Shown: in pieces, positions 10,733 to 22,533 of the stretch | Position numbering within the stretch: the stretch's first letter is position 1 | How the letters are laid out: every line of letters begins with the position of its first letter | NCBI GenBank assembly: GCA_964019335.1 | Contig: OZ025660.1 | Coordinates: 743,504 to 807,503, forward strand | DNA length: 64,000 nt | Source of the DNA: Diplonema japonicum | Lineage: Eukaryota > Protista > Euglenozoa: Diplonemea | Direction: 5' to 3' | The notes under the pieces: model-generated | The model's database searches: none | The model's input: the letters and a program-made list of their open reading frames with translations, nothing else | What the model was told of the DNA's origin: nothing | Program-made: the position numbers and the translations under genes

Positions 10733-11426
10733 CTAGTCGTTCTTGACAAGCCTCTTGTCGAGGACGATACCATCGAACTTCTTGATGAACCAGTTGATGG
10801 CCTCCCTCTTGGTGATCTTGTGGTTCTTGGAGATACGGCCAGGGCACCTCTTACGCTTGTTCACACGGCCACCGGGGCGCTCCTGTAAGTAGTATAATAT
10901 ATTTTTCCCTTCTTCCTTTCCCTGTTTTGCATACCAGCACGACGTAGAAGTCCATTCCGTAGATACCGGTGCTGGGGTCGTACTTGATACCCAAGTCGAT
11001 GTGCTCGTTGATACCGAACCCGAAGTTACCGTTCTCGCTGAAGTTCTGCTGGAAGAGCTCGTACTCCTTCACCTTCAGGCCACGCTCAAGGAGCTCCTCG
11101 GCCTTGTCACCACGAACCTGTATGTGTGTATGTTATTTGCTTTTTTTTTATTTTCTTCCTCAATAACATACAGTCGCGTGGCAAGCGATCTTCTCGTTAC
11201 GACGGATACCGAAGGTACGGATGGTGATGCGGGCACGGCTCATGACGGGTACCTGACCGGTGAGGGCCTCCACGACCTTGGTGGCACGGACAAGCCTGTC
11301 ACCAGACTCACCAACGGAGATGTTTGTGACAAGCTGTGTGGTTGTTGTATTTTGGTTTTAAAAATTATTGATTCACACCTTCGCGATCTTGATGTCACGC
11401 ATGGGGTTAACCTTGGTGCTGCTCAT
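10733..11426 (-). CDS. RPL11: 60S ribosomal protein L11 (uL5), copy B, 3 introns
   Basis: Spliced translation [30 protein letters not shown]...[28 protein letters not shown]...KND. Introns include 11334-11378 and 10883-10934. Confidence 0.96.
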
Positions 11427-11535
11427 TTTAAGGTTTGTGTTAGATAAAACAACCTGGTCGTCATTGGGGAGATGAATTAAACAGAAAAAAAAATACCAAA
11501 AACAAAAAAAAGAAAAGATAACGTGGCACATTACT

Positions 11536-12215
11536 CTAGTCGTTCTTGACAAGCCTCTTGTCGAGGACGATACCATCGAACTTCTTGATGAACCAGTTGA
11601 TGGCCTCCCTCTTGGTGATCTTGTGGTTCTTGGAGATACGGCCAGGGCACCTCTTACGCTTGTTCACACGGCCACCGGGGCGCTCCTGTATTTTTCCCTT
11701 CTTCCTTTCCCTGTTTTGCATACCAGCACGACGTAGAAGTCCATTCCGTAGATACCGGTGCTGGGGTCGTACTTGATACCCAAGTCGATGTGCTCGTTGA
11801 TACCGAACCCGAAGTTACCGTTCTCGCTGAAGTTCTGCTGGAAGAGCTCGTACTCCTTCACCTTCAGGCCACGCTCAAGGAGCTCCTCGGCCTTGTCACC
11901 ACGAACCTGTATGTGTGTATGTTATTTGCTTTTTTTTTATTTTCTTCCTCAATAACATACAGTCGCGTGGCAAGCGATCTTCTCGTTACGACGGATACCG
12001 AAGGTACGGATGGTGATGCGGGCACGGCTCATGACGGGCACCTGACCGGTGAGGGCCTCCACGACCTTGGTGGCACGGACAAGCCTGTCACCAGACTCAC
12101 CAACGGAGATGTTTGTGACAAGCTGTGTGGTTGTTGTATTTTGTTTTTAAAAATTATTGATTCACACCTTCGCGATCTTGATGTCACGCATGGGGTTAAC
12201 CTTGGTGCTGCTCAT
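11536..12215 (-). CDS. RPL11: 60S ribosomal protein L11 (uL5), copy A, 3 introns
   Basis: Same protein as copy B. Introns are 12123-12167 (45 nt), 11907-11960 (54 nt) and 11686-11723 (38 nt). Confidence 0.96.
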
Positions 12216-13034
12216 TTTAAGGTATGTTTAAGTAACGTGCCTGAGAAGGTCAGTGGTAATTTATTTAAGATTCGGACCCCACCCCACGCATCACCACAAC
12301 AGGGCTAAAAAAAAAAAAATAATAATAATAAGAACCACGGTATTCAACGATATGCGATGCGTTCGATAAGAACCTTTTCTTTTTCACTCTTTCCGTTTGA
12401 AGCCAAGACGCGAAGAGCGGTTGCAAGTACTTACAAAGAACAAAAAAATAACAGCTTTCTTTTTTTTCTTTTTTTTTCCCCTCCTTCTCCCTCCCCCCTT
12501 ATTGTACTTCAATTACAGAAAAACAGGGGAACGGAAAACAGGGGAGGGGGAGGGGGGAAGGAAACCTTTTTTTTTTGTTAAGATAAAAAAAAAAAAAAAA
12601 AAACGAACCCTCACACCTATCTGCCTTGTGAAGCAGGGAAGGGGGATCGGGCAAGTGGGATAAGGAAGGAGGAAAAAAAAGAAGAAAAAAAAGGGGGGGA
12701 GTTTAAAAAAAATATATGATTTGTTACTCGTTCAAGTTTAATTCTAATGACTGGGGGGGGGGGGGTTCATTTATTCCCCCTTCCATTCATCACTCTCCAT
12801 ATTCAAGAGAGTGTATCAATAGAAACACTGTCACTGTCGCTAATCTTTCAGATTTCCAAGCAGCATCCAGCTAAGGGAAGGAAGGGTGGGGGAGAGGTGA
12901 AAAGTAACAGGGTTATGGTATTATATAACAGAAAAGGGGTAAACAAAAAAAGCCTTCCTCCTTGCCCCGGAAGCTGTACAACACACTTTCTTTTTATCTC
13001 AGTGATACACTAGTACTTCGCATTCGTCTCCTTC

Positions 13035-14066
13035 CTACTGTTTCTTCTCTGCTTCGGCGGCTTCCTTCTCCACACGTTTAACATCTTCTGCCTCCATGCT
13101 TACCCACTTCTTCTTATCTTTCTCGGACAGCTCTGAGTAAGCCTTGCGCAAGAAGGCCTGGCACTTAGGCATGTTGTATGTAGTGAGGCTCAGCCCATCC
13201 ATGGCCATCTGCTTGTTGTCTGCGATGAAGAACTCTACAGCCTTCTTTGCACGGGGTTTTCTAGGCTTCTTGGGTGTCGTTTTTGCCTTCTTTGCCGCAG
13301 GCTCTTCACCGTCTTCTTTCTCCTTTCTCTTCTTGGTTTCCTTCTTCTCTTCCTTTGCTGGGGCCTCTTCTTTCTTCTCCTCTTTTCCATTCAGCTCGGC
13401 TGCCATCTTCGTGAACTTGTCCTTCTCCCCCGCGTCCATCACCCCCCACGCCTTCAGCGTCTTGTCCTTCGCCTTTTCCTTCATGTATACGTGGTACCCG
13501 CTCAGTTTCTTGGTCTTCTCTTCTTTCTTCTCTTTCTTGTCATCCTTTTTGTTGTCTTTCTTATCCTCTTTCTTCGCCTTCTCTTCCTTCTTTACCTTCT
13601 CGTCCTTCTTTGCTTTCTCTTTGGGTTCTTCCTTGACCTTCTCTGCCTTCTCCTTTGCAGGCTTGCGCGCAGGCTTATCCGCCTTCTCAGCCTTCTTGGC
13701 ACCGGGCTTGCGTGCTGCCTTAGGTTCGGGTTTGTCAAGAGTGTCAGCGATGCTAGGGTCCTGCTCCAGCATGTCGGACAGCACCTTCACAAGCACATCG
13801 TCTGCCCACTGTGGTTTGTTGTGTTGTGTTGTGTTGTGTCGTGTTGAGGCTGGTGCCATACCTGTCTGTGCCAACTGTTGAGGTCACCACTCTCCAGCTT
13901 CAGCTTCTCCTCAGCTTTTTTCAGCGTGCTCTGTGTTTATGTGCAGGTCCCCTTCTTTGTTTCAACACACCTTCATTGTCAGCTCCTTCAGCGCATCCTT
14001 CGTCTGCTTTATAATCTCTTTGAGCACGTTAGTGAGCTCTGCTTCCGTGCACGGTGGCTCAGACAT
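13035..14066 (-). CDS. Lys/Glu-rich chromatin protein with DEK-C-like N-terminus and HMG-box-like domains
   Basis: ATG at 14066; introns at 13931-13970 and 13809-13861. HMG-like segments are KKLSGYHVYMKE..AWGVM and PRKPRAKKAVEFFI..AYSELSEKDKKKW. Confidence 0.75.
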
Positions 14067-14341
14067 TTTATTTTTCTCCCTTTGTATTGTCCTGTTATGC
14101 GGTGCTGCAGACACAAGGTGACCGGAATAAGCCTCTTACAGCCTCTTTTCACTAAGGGGTAGCGACGCAGAAAAGGAAAGCAAAAAGAAGAAGAAAAAAA
14201 GAAAGAAAAAAAGCAAGGCAACTCTCGCCAGTTGCTCGGACCCACAGGCGGGAACACTGCTGCGTCGTCTTCGCCGCGTCTCGTTTCGTCTTGTCGACGC
14301 AGAACTCGTCTAAACAACATAACTATGGGCTTCTGTTGGTA

Positions 14342-15149
14342 TCAGCTGCTTGAGGCCTTATTTTGGACAGGCTGGCCCTGAAGCGGTTGGTACTGTTGCT
14401 GCTGGTACTGGTACGAGGGCTGGTAAGCAGTTTGCGGTGCTGGGAAAGGCGGGTGAGGGAGAGTGGCCATTTTGAATTCAGCAGCCTTCTGCCCTTCATG
14501 GAGTAGGTAACGCGAGTAGTCGCCCATCGGCGACTGCATGCTCAAGAAATTGTGGAAGATGTACTCGTCCTGAACACCGCTCAGCGTACGAAGCAAAATA
14601 AATGCGGATCCTGCCGCCAAGATCCTTTTCGGGAACGTCCAGTTCCAGCGCTTGTCTCTCAGAAGCTTTGCTAACTTAGATTCGACGGGTTTCTCCTCGA
14701 CATTCAAAGCGACTCCCTTTTCACCGCTCATGAGAAATATTGACGTGGGCAGTACCACCTCAGCGACGAAGGACACCCAGCTCTTTGAGTACTGCAAGGA
14801 CAGCATAGCCGACTCGTCTGCCGTGGGGGTGTACCTGTGGGCGTTGTTATCTTGCTGCAGTCCGCATACCTGTTGAGCTTTGGGTATGCCTGCATGAGTT
14901 GCATCCTCAAGCTGCCCCTCACCATGGAAGTCATTTGATTCCCAGGCTGTGTAATGGATTTTTTTTTTTTTTTCCATTCCATACAATAGGGTGCGAGACA
15001 GGTATCCCAGCGGGTGGTGAGTAGTAGTGCTGAGAGGGATTGTGCATAGGCTGCAGCAGTGACTCGTTTGGACTACCGCCCTGACCATAAGCAGGGTAGC
15101 TGCTCTGGCTGTTGTGCTGCTGAGGAGGGGCGTTGTTCGTTTCCGCCAT
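14342..15149 (-). CDS. Hypothetical protein with Pro/Gln-rich ends and two hydrophobic segments
   Basis: Starts MAETNNAPPQQ. Introns at 14947-14984 and 14835-14869 join three ORF frames into one. Confidence 0.7.
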
Positions 15150-15400
15150 TGTACAGCCTGTGGTGGCATGCATGGTGGAACACTAGGAGGCAACGAAAGC
15201 ACAGGACAGGGGGGGGGGGGGGGGGGGGATGATAGATAGTGGTTGGAGACATAAAAAAGAAGTGAAAAGGAAGTGTGTGCTGTGTTGTTTCAATCCTACG
15301 GCACTGGAAGGAAGGAAAGTGCAACTGAACTGTTGTGGTGGTGTGATTGTTACGCAGAAATAGGGGAACGACCAGTTTTTCATTGGTGTTTTCGTCCCAG

Positions 15401-15439
<39 letters not shown>

Positions 15440-15746
15440 CGCAGAGTCCTATGGTTGTCCTTGCAGAACTCTGGCAACTACGCATAAAAGGGAAAGATGG
15501 GAAAGAAGAAACACCAAGGCCCAAGGCTGTTAATACACGCCTGAGTAACTAGATGGAGAGTCTCGTCGGCTTCGCTCGGTTTCCACTCAAGCAAAGGAAG
15601 CACCACTCAATACTCACTACGAACTGTGTACTTGCAGCACGACAACAAAGAGAAAAGGCCATTATCCAACATCGGGAGCATTAAAGGCAGCCTAGGTCAC
15701 GTTGACCTATCAAAGAAGGCTCTCAAAAGCTACGAGGAAGACAGCC

Positions 15747-16535
15747 TCAGTCGAAGTTACTGAGAAGCCCCACGGACGGCCTGACGTAGCCTTGGAACTG
15801 TGTGGGTTTGTTGTGTTTTTGCAAGCATACCTTAATCGAGTCGCGTGAGTATTCTGCCACTTCATCAGGGGAAATTCTGGTGTTACCGCTGGGGTTGGGA
15901 TTGCTGCTGGGTTGCCCCTTTGAGCCACCTCGTCCTTTGCCGCCTCTTCCCCCTTTGTAGCCCCCTCTGCCGCCTTTTCTCCCTGGGGAGTGTTGTTCTT
16001 CTTCGTATTGGTACTTTGAACTGTACCTCTCACGTTCGGTGTAGCGGGGATGCCTGTGAGAAGGGGAGGGTGTATCGGGGACCCACAGTGCCCTTTGCTG
16101 AGTAGGTGCCAAGGCGGGTATGACCCCAGTCCTCCTGTCGGGCACTGGCGGGATGAAACATTCATAGTCAGGGTCTTCACCTGCCCCCTCAAGCTCCATC
16201 TCAGCTGTCTTTTCCTGCCTCACAGGAGCTTGCTTCCGAGGCTGTTTTTCGGGCTCATTTTTACCTCCAAATATCCTAGCCCGCACCTCATTGTAGTTCA
16301 TCTCCCGCTCTTTGTAACTCATGGGGGCCTCAGGTCTCTCTCTTCTCTTTTCCTTGACAGCTCTGGCTTCCTTCTTTACAGCACCTTCGGCTGTATTGCC
16401 GCTCCAAATGCCCTTAGTCCTCGTTTCCCTGTGCAGCTCGTCGGTGCTGGTTGGTACATCTCGCCCGAAGGTGAACATGTTGTTCATCACATCTGTTGCT
16501 GCGCCATTGCTCGCATTTCTTCTGCTCTTGCCCAT
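15747..16535 (-). CDS. SUZ-domain, RGG-containing RNA-binding protein
   Basis: SYKEREMNYNEVRARIFG is the SUZ signature and GRKGGRGGYKGGRGG is an RGG tract. In-frame 33-nt intron at 15798-15830. Confidence 0.78.
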   Translation of the reverse strand: MGKSRRNASNGAATDVMNNMFTFGRDVPTSTDELHRETRTKGIWSGNTAEGAVKKEARAVKEKRRERPEAPMSYKEREMNYNEVRARIFGGKNEPEKQPRKQAPVRQEKTAEMELEGAGEDPDYECFIPPVPDRRTGVIPALAPTQQRALWVPDTPSPSHRHPRYTERERYSSKYQYEEEQHSPGRKGGRGGYKGGRGGKGRGGSKGQPSSNPNPSGNTRISPDEVAEYSRDSIKVCLQKHNKPTQFQGYVRPSVGLLSNFD

Positions 16536-16599
16536 CCCCAGTTTCCTTTGTGTGGTAAAAAAAAAGAAACAAAACCAAATTCACATCACTGATAACTAT

Positions 16600-17395
16600 C
16601 TAGTTCTTCTTGGTGGCCTTCTTGGCGGCGGCGATGCGGGTCTTGCGGACCTTCTCCTTGGCGGCGTCCTTCTCCTTGGTGCGGATGGAGTACCTCACGC
16701 TCACGAGGCGGCTCTCGGGGAAGGGCTTGCTCAGGGCCTGTTGTGTGTGTGATTAATAATAATTATTCTTATTCTTATTCTTATTCTTATTCTTATTCTT
16801 ATTCTTATTCTTATTCTTATTCATTCTTATTCTTATTCTTATTCTTATTATTATTTATTTCTTAAACACACACCTTGTGGTCCATGTTGGTAACAGCCTT
16901 CTTGGCGGAGGCGTTGTCCTTGAAGTAGACGAAGCCGTGGCCCGACTGGTAGGTGCGGACCTTGCTGATGGCGCCACAGGAAGCGAACTCCTTCTTCAGG
17001 TTGGCCTTGCCCTGCTTGTGGGACATGCGGGGAAGGTTGCCGACGAAGACGGAAGTGCAGTACTCGGACCTGTCCTGCGCGAGCTTCTTCTTCGAGGCCT
17101 CGATCGTCACCTTCTGGCCCTTCAGCATCTTCCCGTTCAGCTCCTTGGCCTTCGAGGCGCCCGCAGCGTCCTTGAAGTACACAATGCAGTACTTGCGGCG
17201 CCTCAGCACCACGTTCTTCACCTCACCGCACGGCTTGAACGCAGCCTTGATCGTGTCGTGGCTGATCCCAGAGAAGTTCAGGTTCTTCACGTACACACCC
17301 TTGCTGTCACCGGCAACAGGGGCCTTAGCCTTGTTCTCCGCCTTCTTGGGCTCGGCCTTCTTCGCCGCGGGCTTAGCATTCTTCTTGGGGGCCAT
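16600..17395 (-). CDS. Double-RRM basic protein, KSRP/NRBD (p34/p37)-like, copy 1
   Basis: Ala/Pro/Lys-rich N-terminus, GVYVKN (RNP2), RRRKYCIVYF, a second RRM with VRTY, and a basic C-terminal helix. Intron at 16738-16873. Codon bias resembles a highly expressed gene. Family assignment is from recalled similarity to the trypanosome proteins. Confidence 0.8.
16784..16845. repeat. (TTATTC)n microsatellite in the intron of the RRM gene; also at ~28230-28312 and ~34498-34580
   Basis: Tandem hexamer array visible directly, with the same single interruption in each gene copy. Boundaries are approximate. Confidence 0.9.
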
Positions 17396-17511
17396 TTTTC
17401 GTAAGTTGTTATTCTGATAGTGTAAGGATGATTATGGGAACGAAATGGGTTCCATGACAGAGGGCGAAGATCAGTACGTAAGAATAAATTTACTACAATC
17501 TATTTTGGTAA

Positions 17512-18264
17512 CTATGTGTCGATGCTATCCTTCAAGCAGTCATCTAAAATACATTTCTTAGTCGTTGCCGTCATGCCTGGCTGGGCTGAGCAGGTGACAG
17601 TGATGGCAGGGGAGGAGGAGTAGCGGGACTTTAACTTCGGTAACTTGTTAACGAACACGTTGTCTGCCTTGCGGACGATGTCGCCAAAGTCCGACTCGAT
17701 GCAGATATCGTACAGCGACTCACTGCTGTCCTGCATTGCGTATCCCCGCAGGGAGAGGCGGCGCAATTCACGGCGCAGCATGAGACCGTGGACTAGCCAT
17801 CGGTCATCCGTTTGAGAACAGGTGACAGTCAGCTCGGTGTTCCACTCTGCAGACAGAAGAGCTTCGTTAAGATACTGCCACGCAACCCAGCCTATCTCCA
17901 TTCTATATGTTTTCCCGCTTTCGCTGAGCACAACTTTCAGCATGGCCTTGTTGGGGTTCTCCATCTCTAAGTCCCCTTCCGTTAGTAATGGTTGTTTCAT
18001 CCCAGGCTGCCCAGCCATCCCAAGCTGCCCAGCCATCCCCGGCACAAAACTCCTTCGCATCCCAGGTGTCCCAGGCCGTCCACTGCTTGACCCAATTTGT
18101 ACCCCCACAGGCGGCTTATTCTGCTCCTGTGCCCCCCGATACCGTTTCAAAAGAAGCAAGATCAGGATGTACGCAATGATCCAAGGCTGGACGAGGGCTA
18201 CCACGATGAGGCTGCTTGTCCAGTTCGGGTCGAGCTTGTTCATGTTCACATTTGTGCTGCTCAT
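17512..18264 (-). CDS. Hypothetical protein with N-terminal TM helix and PGM-type short repeats
   Basis: 250-aa ORF with hydrophobic LIVVALVQPWIIAYILILLLL followed by KRYR. Confidence 0.6.
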   Translation of the reverse strand: MSSTNVNMNKLDPNWTSSLIVVALVQPWIIAYILILLLLKRYRGAQEQNKPPVGVQIGSSSGRPGTPGMRRSFVPGMAGQLGMAGQPGMKQPLLTEGDLEMENPNKAMLKVVLSESGKTYRMEIGWVAWQYLNEALLSAEWNTELTVTCSQTDDRWLVHGLMLRRELRRLSLRGYAMQDSSESLYDICIESDFGDIVRKADNVFVNKLPKLKSRYSSSPAITVTCSAQPGMTATTKKCILDDCLKDSIDT

Positions 18265-18455
18265 CTCTGACCTATATGGGTACAGCGGTGGATGGCAAGG
18301 TTTTTTAGACTTTTGTTACACTTAATGCAAATTCATGCAAGTTTGTATGTTACAAGAAATCTCGCAAGATAGGTGCGCATGTCGCTAAGAGTAAAAGATC
18401 GCAAGCAGCCAAGAAGGGATGCAGGATCAACGTTAGCTGCTTATGTACACACTAA

Positions 18456-20269
18456 CTACAGCAAGTGTCTGTCTAAAGCCTCTTGGTCATGGATGGCCGG
18501 AGTTCGTTTCTGTATTGTGGTTCAATTTCCTTCTCCCCTTTGTTGCATACCGTTTCTTCTGAAGGGCTTCTCGAAAGGCTCTGCGGCCTCCTCCTGACAG
18601 GGAGTGACACATGTTGGGACTGTTTATTCTGAGCAGTCTTCGCAGCAGAGGTGACTAGAGACTTCAGGTAGTTCGTTGTGGAGATACGGCCACCTGCGGG
18701 AACAGGCTTCTTCTTTGGTGCCACTGCAATCTTCTTTGAGCACCATTCCCCCAGCTGTGTCAAGATCATCCACGAGATGTTCTGCGAGGTCACAGGTGAG
18801 CTTCTATGGGGCTTCTTGGAGCGTGCGATGATGGTGCCGTTTTCTGAGAACACGAAAGCTCCTTTGCTTGAGGTGTGAAGCAAGATGTCAGTTTGGCCCC
18901 CCGTCAGCTCCCACACAGGATGGTTGTTTATATTCTTGTCCTTCTCCAGCTGTGTGTAGACCCCTGTAATGTGAGGTGCGTACGGGCACGAAATGTCTAG
19001 AATCGCAGTCGACACAGTGTTCCGCCTCCGCTTCGCACTGGCGCTTCTCTCTCTGTCATTCGGTGCGCTCCTTGATCTGCTTGCATCCCTCGGTGAGGTG
19101 ATCCCCGTGCTATTCAGTTTGCAAAACATCATCGGAGCCTGTGCCTCAGCATTAGCACTCGAGTACGGACGGAATTTGTTACTCTCGAAGTTGGCCCTGA
19201 AAGGCGAAGGGGACGCAGACTTGGTCTTTTCTCGGTCCCACTCTTTTTCTCTTTCCTTCTCTTTTTCTTGCCTTGCTCTCAGCTTCACGTCGTCCACAGT
19301 TGCAGTGAGATCGCAGATTTTGCCATCAGCCTTTTCAAGTTCTTGGTTCTTGCTCACAATGATGCCCTCCTTTGCAAGCAGGGAGACCTCCAGCTGTGAG
19401 ATCCTCGTGTAGGCAGTTGCTAGTTTGGCCGAGAGTTCTTCTTTCTCTTGCAGGGATTTAGCTGCGGTTACTTGCTCACTTTCTTCCACCATTTCCCATT
19501 CCCAGCTACCGCGATGGGCACGGAGCATCACTGTCGGGGAGGATGGGCTTCCTGACTTTTCTAAAGCAAGCGCTTTCCGCAAGTCGCTACTCGACTGGAA
19601 TGGCGTGCTGATGAAAATGGTGTCGGGCTCGGTGGCAACAGCAGCGTACCTGAGGGCCGACGAGACCTCCTGCCAAGCCCAAATGATCATGTCGCGTGCA
19701 GTGCGCTCTTCGCGTTCCATGTTGTGGACGGCAGATGCCCTGTGTTCGTTGAAAGCTGATTCGAAGAAGTCGCGCTGTTCTGTCAGCTGGTTCTTCGTGG
19801 TGATCAGCTCGAGCTCAACACGCTTGTGCGCCGAGATCTCGTTGTTCAGCTCCTTGATCCGAGGCAGGAGGTCCACGATGCGTGGGAGCGGATTCTTCAC
19901 GTCCTTCACTGGGGTTGTGTCGTCAAAGTATTCTTCTTTTCTTGCCGACCTTTCGAACGCAGACAGCGGTCCATCAGAGAGCCTCCGTCCCTGATGGTCA
20001 TACGTAGGTGATAGCATGTCATTAACGCCCGATGTAAAGGTTACAGCAGTGTGTCTACGAGCCCACCCAGACGATTCGCCATCTTTCCCTTCAAATTGCT
20101 TGAAATCAACGGTTTTCTTGTCTCCAGCCGCTTCCCCACTCCAGCTGAATGGTGAGCCCTGCTCTACCTCACCCTGAGATGAGTTGCCGTCCGCCACCTC
20201 CTCGTCAGCAAGGACGGCCTCGTCTTTCGTCTGCTTATTTTGTGTGACAAAAGTCAAACGCCCAGACAT
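18456..20269 (-). CDS. Hypothetical coiled-coil protein
   Basis: ~600-aa ORF. A terminal 41-nt intron at 18510-18550 moves the stop to 18456. Confidence 0.75.
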
Positions 20270-20407
20270 CTTGAACTGGGGTATTTTCTTTTTGAAAAAA
20301 AGATGATGAAGGAAAATAGCAGATAAAAATAACTTACAATGGACTCTGCATCAACATGGTACCGCAAAGAAATGTGGCTGGCAAAACTGCTGGTGTCCTA
20401 AGCACTT

Positions 20408-21565
20408 CTAAGTATCCCCCAACAGGTCGCTATCCATGAAGCAAGGCATGTCTACGTTGTCCCGGAACCACGTCGCAACTGCAGAGAGGGGTACGCTATC
20501 GTATTTCTGTTGTCGGTTGTGATGTGTTGTGTGCGATACCTCGATGAACGGTAGCTTCAGGGCGCCAACGGCTTGAGGCCGTTGGCCTGGGTCCTGTTTT
20601 GTCAGAGCGTGGACAAAGGCAGTTAAAAGATCGGAGCAGCCTGACAGAGACACTGTAGCACTAACTGTTATCTCTTGTAAAAAATCCATCAGCGGCGCAT
20701 TCTTGTTAAACGGGTATTTCCCCATCATCTCTGCTACCATGAGCCCCACTGCCCAGATGTCAGCTGGTATGGAGTATTTCTGGCCCCTGTGTAAAGTTAC
20801 GTTAGCAGTGCAAACATACTTCAGCCGTTCAGGCGACATGTAAGAAGGGGTCCCGATGAAGGAGCTTTGCCCCATAGTAGCTACTTCTACGGACACACCA
20901 AAGTCTGCAATTTTGCATTCGCCATCTTGGCTCAAAAGGATGTTTCCGGGCTTGAGGTCTCTGTGCATCTGTGATCTGGCCCCTTGCTGCGTGGCTTCGT
21001 GAAGCTGCGACAATCCTTTCAGGATTTGCCGTGCCAGCACAGAAACCACGTCTTCTGGCATCACAACAGATTGCGCCTGGCACAGTTTGAGCACATCCTC
21101 CAGGCTCCCCAAGCTCATGTACTCTTGTATTAATATCAGAGTTTGGTTTTTGTAAAATGCCTGCCACGTAGGTACCAAGTTTGGGTGCGGCTTTTGAAAG
21201 AGCTGCTTTGTTTCTTTTTCATAAATACTTTCCATCTGAGCGGGGTTTGCTGTTATCCTGAAGTTGATGTACTTCAGGGCATACTTGACGTTCGTTGTAG
21301 TGTCAATGCCCAGCCGGACCTCCCCCGACGCTCCTGTCCCCAGCTCCCTTACGAACACTATGTTCTCGAGTTGAATGGATCTGTCGTGTGTCGTCTCGTC
21401 ACCGTATTGCGTGTTCACATCGGCACCCTTGGGGGTCACAGTCACGTTCTTGTTATTATAGTATTCAGGCGTAACGGCGGGAGACTGGGTGCTGGGTGTT
21501 GTCTCTGTTTCTGTGCTTGGGGTTGAGGTGCGCAACTTGATTGTAGGTGGCTTCCATTTCGGCAT
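20408..21565 (-). CDS. STE7/MAP kinase kinase family protein kinase
   Basis: Motifs LGTGASGEV, HRDLKPGNILL, DFGVS and IGTPSYMSPERL, plus an N-terminal KWKPPTIKL docking-like motif. Two 33-nt introns at 20787-20819 and 20507-20539. Confidence 0.9.
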   Translation of the reverse strand: MPKWKPPTIKLRTSTPSTETETTPSTQSPAVTPEYYNNKNVTVTPKGADVNTQYGDETTHDRSIQLENIVFVRELGTGASGEVRLGIDTTTNVKYALKYINFRITANPAQMESIYEKETKQLFQKPHPNLVPTWQAFYKNQTLILIQEYMSLGSLEDVLKLCQAQSVVMPEDVVSVLARQILKGLSQLHEATQQGARSQMHRDLKPGNILLSQDGECKIADFGVSVEVATMGQSSFIGTPSYMSPERLKYVCTANVTLHRGQKYSIPADIWAVGLMVAEMMGKYPFNKNAPLMDFLQEITVSATVSLSGCSDLLTAFVHALTKQDPGQRPQAVGALKLPFIEVSHTTHHNRQQKYDSVPLSAVATWFRDNVDMPCFMDSDLLGDT

Positions 21566-21614
21566 CTGGTGTATTCCTGCATGGTAGTGGGTTTGGCTTG
21601 GCAAGAGGAAATAT

Positions 21615-21893
21615 TTATATAGTACTGTGGGTCATCAAGACAACGTGTTGCCAAGGTGGAAGCCGTCGATGCTGCTTCCAAGCAGGACCACCTTCGCTTG
21701 CCATGCCATACTGTGGCGTTGCCTGTTGGGGTACGCCAAGCGATTCTAATACAGCACTATTTACTGCAAACTTCGACTCGACGGTTTGTCCCAACGCACT
21801 ATCAGTTAGCTGTATGTACATCGGTAGCAAGGATGGCTCCAAATGGAACACGATGGACACAGAGCGCACACACTGCGCTCTGCTGTATTTCAT
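21615..21893 (-). CDS. Possible small hypothetical protein (92 aa)
   Basis: ATG ORF on the cluster strand following a pyrimidine-rich spacer. No recognisable motif. Confidence 0.3.
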   Translation of the reverse strand: MKYSRAQCVRSVSIVFHLEPSLLPMYIQLTDSALGQTVESKFAVNSAVLESLGVPQQATPQYGMASEGGPAWKQHRRLPPWQHVVLMTHSTI

Positions 21894-22203
21894 TTAACAT
21901 ACATAATAGTGAGAAAGGGAGGGAGCGTCACTGCAGTAGCAACAAAGCAGTTAGACGAAACAGAACTATGGAACATAAACTCATAAAGTAACGGAAAGAA
22001 TTTTGCGGATGCTGTATGCTTGATGGTCCCCGGGTGTGCTACAGTTCTCCAATAGATACGCAGCTGTCAACCGGAGCCTAATATGGCATTTCCTCTTTTT
22101 TTTTTTTTTTTTTTAGACAGGCTGAGGTCCTCTTGTGGAGCTCGCCAAACGACTGTTCACTTTGGCGAAATAACCTCAACTAAGTCATTAGAAGCGAACA
22201 CGG

Positions 22204-22440
22204 TTACTGTGACACGGCACTCCGATCGGCACAGCAGGTTGTCAACTCGCTGCTGCTTGTGTCTTGCCTTGCAAGCACCACAGAACTTTCGGAAGGCAAC
22301 ACGGGCCTCTTTCCGGTCTTCCATACTATGTCACATTCGTATGAAACCGTGAAGACATCCGCGTGTGCCTTGCCCTTCGTGCCCTCCGTGTTAGTCTCAG
22401 GGCACGGCTTGCGCTGTTTTGCGTGCCCGCAATTACCCAT
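22204..22440 (-). CDS. Possible small N-acylated protein (78 aa, MGNCG...)
   Basis: Preceded by a CTAACACTGACAG acceptor-like sequence. Gly2 and Cys4 fit a myristoylation/palmitoylation pattern. Confidence 0.45.
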   Translation of the reverse strand: MGNCGHAKQRKPCPETNTEGTKGKAHADVFTVSYECDIVWKTGKRPVLPSESSVVLARQDTSSSELTTCCADRSAVSQ

Positions 22441-22533
22441 TCTACCTGTCAGTGTTAGGGACGCAGCACAAAACTAGAAAATTCCCAGTTTGGCAAGAGA
22501 ACTAGACAATATAAAATCAAAAGAAATCTATAA

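Noticed and set aside
12300-13030. ORFs rich in Lys/Phe/Gly in homopolymer-rich intergenic DNA (also 1900-2180, 30100-31900)
   Set aside because: They are translations of poly-A/T/G tracts in UTR or intergenic sequence.
16784-16845. Regular hexamer array as CRISPR or telomeric repeat
   Set aside because: It has no spacers, the unit is not TTAGGG-like, and it lies inside an intron as a simple microsatellite.
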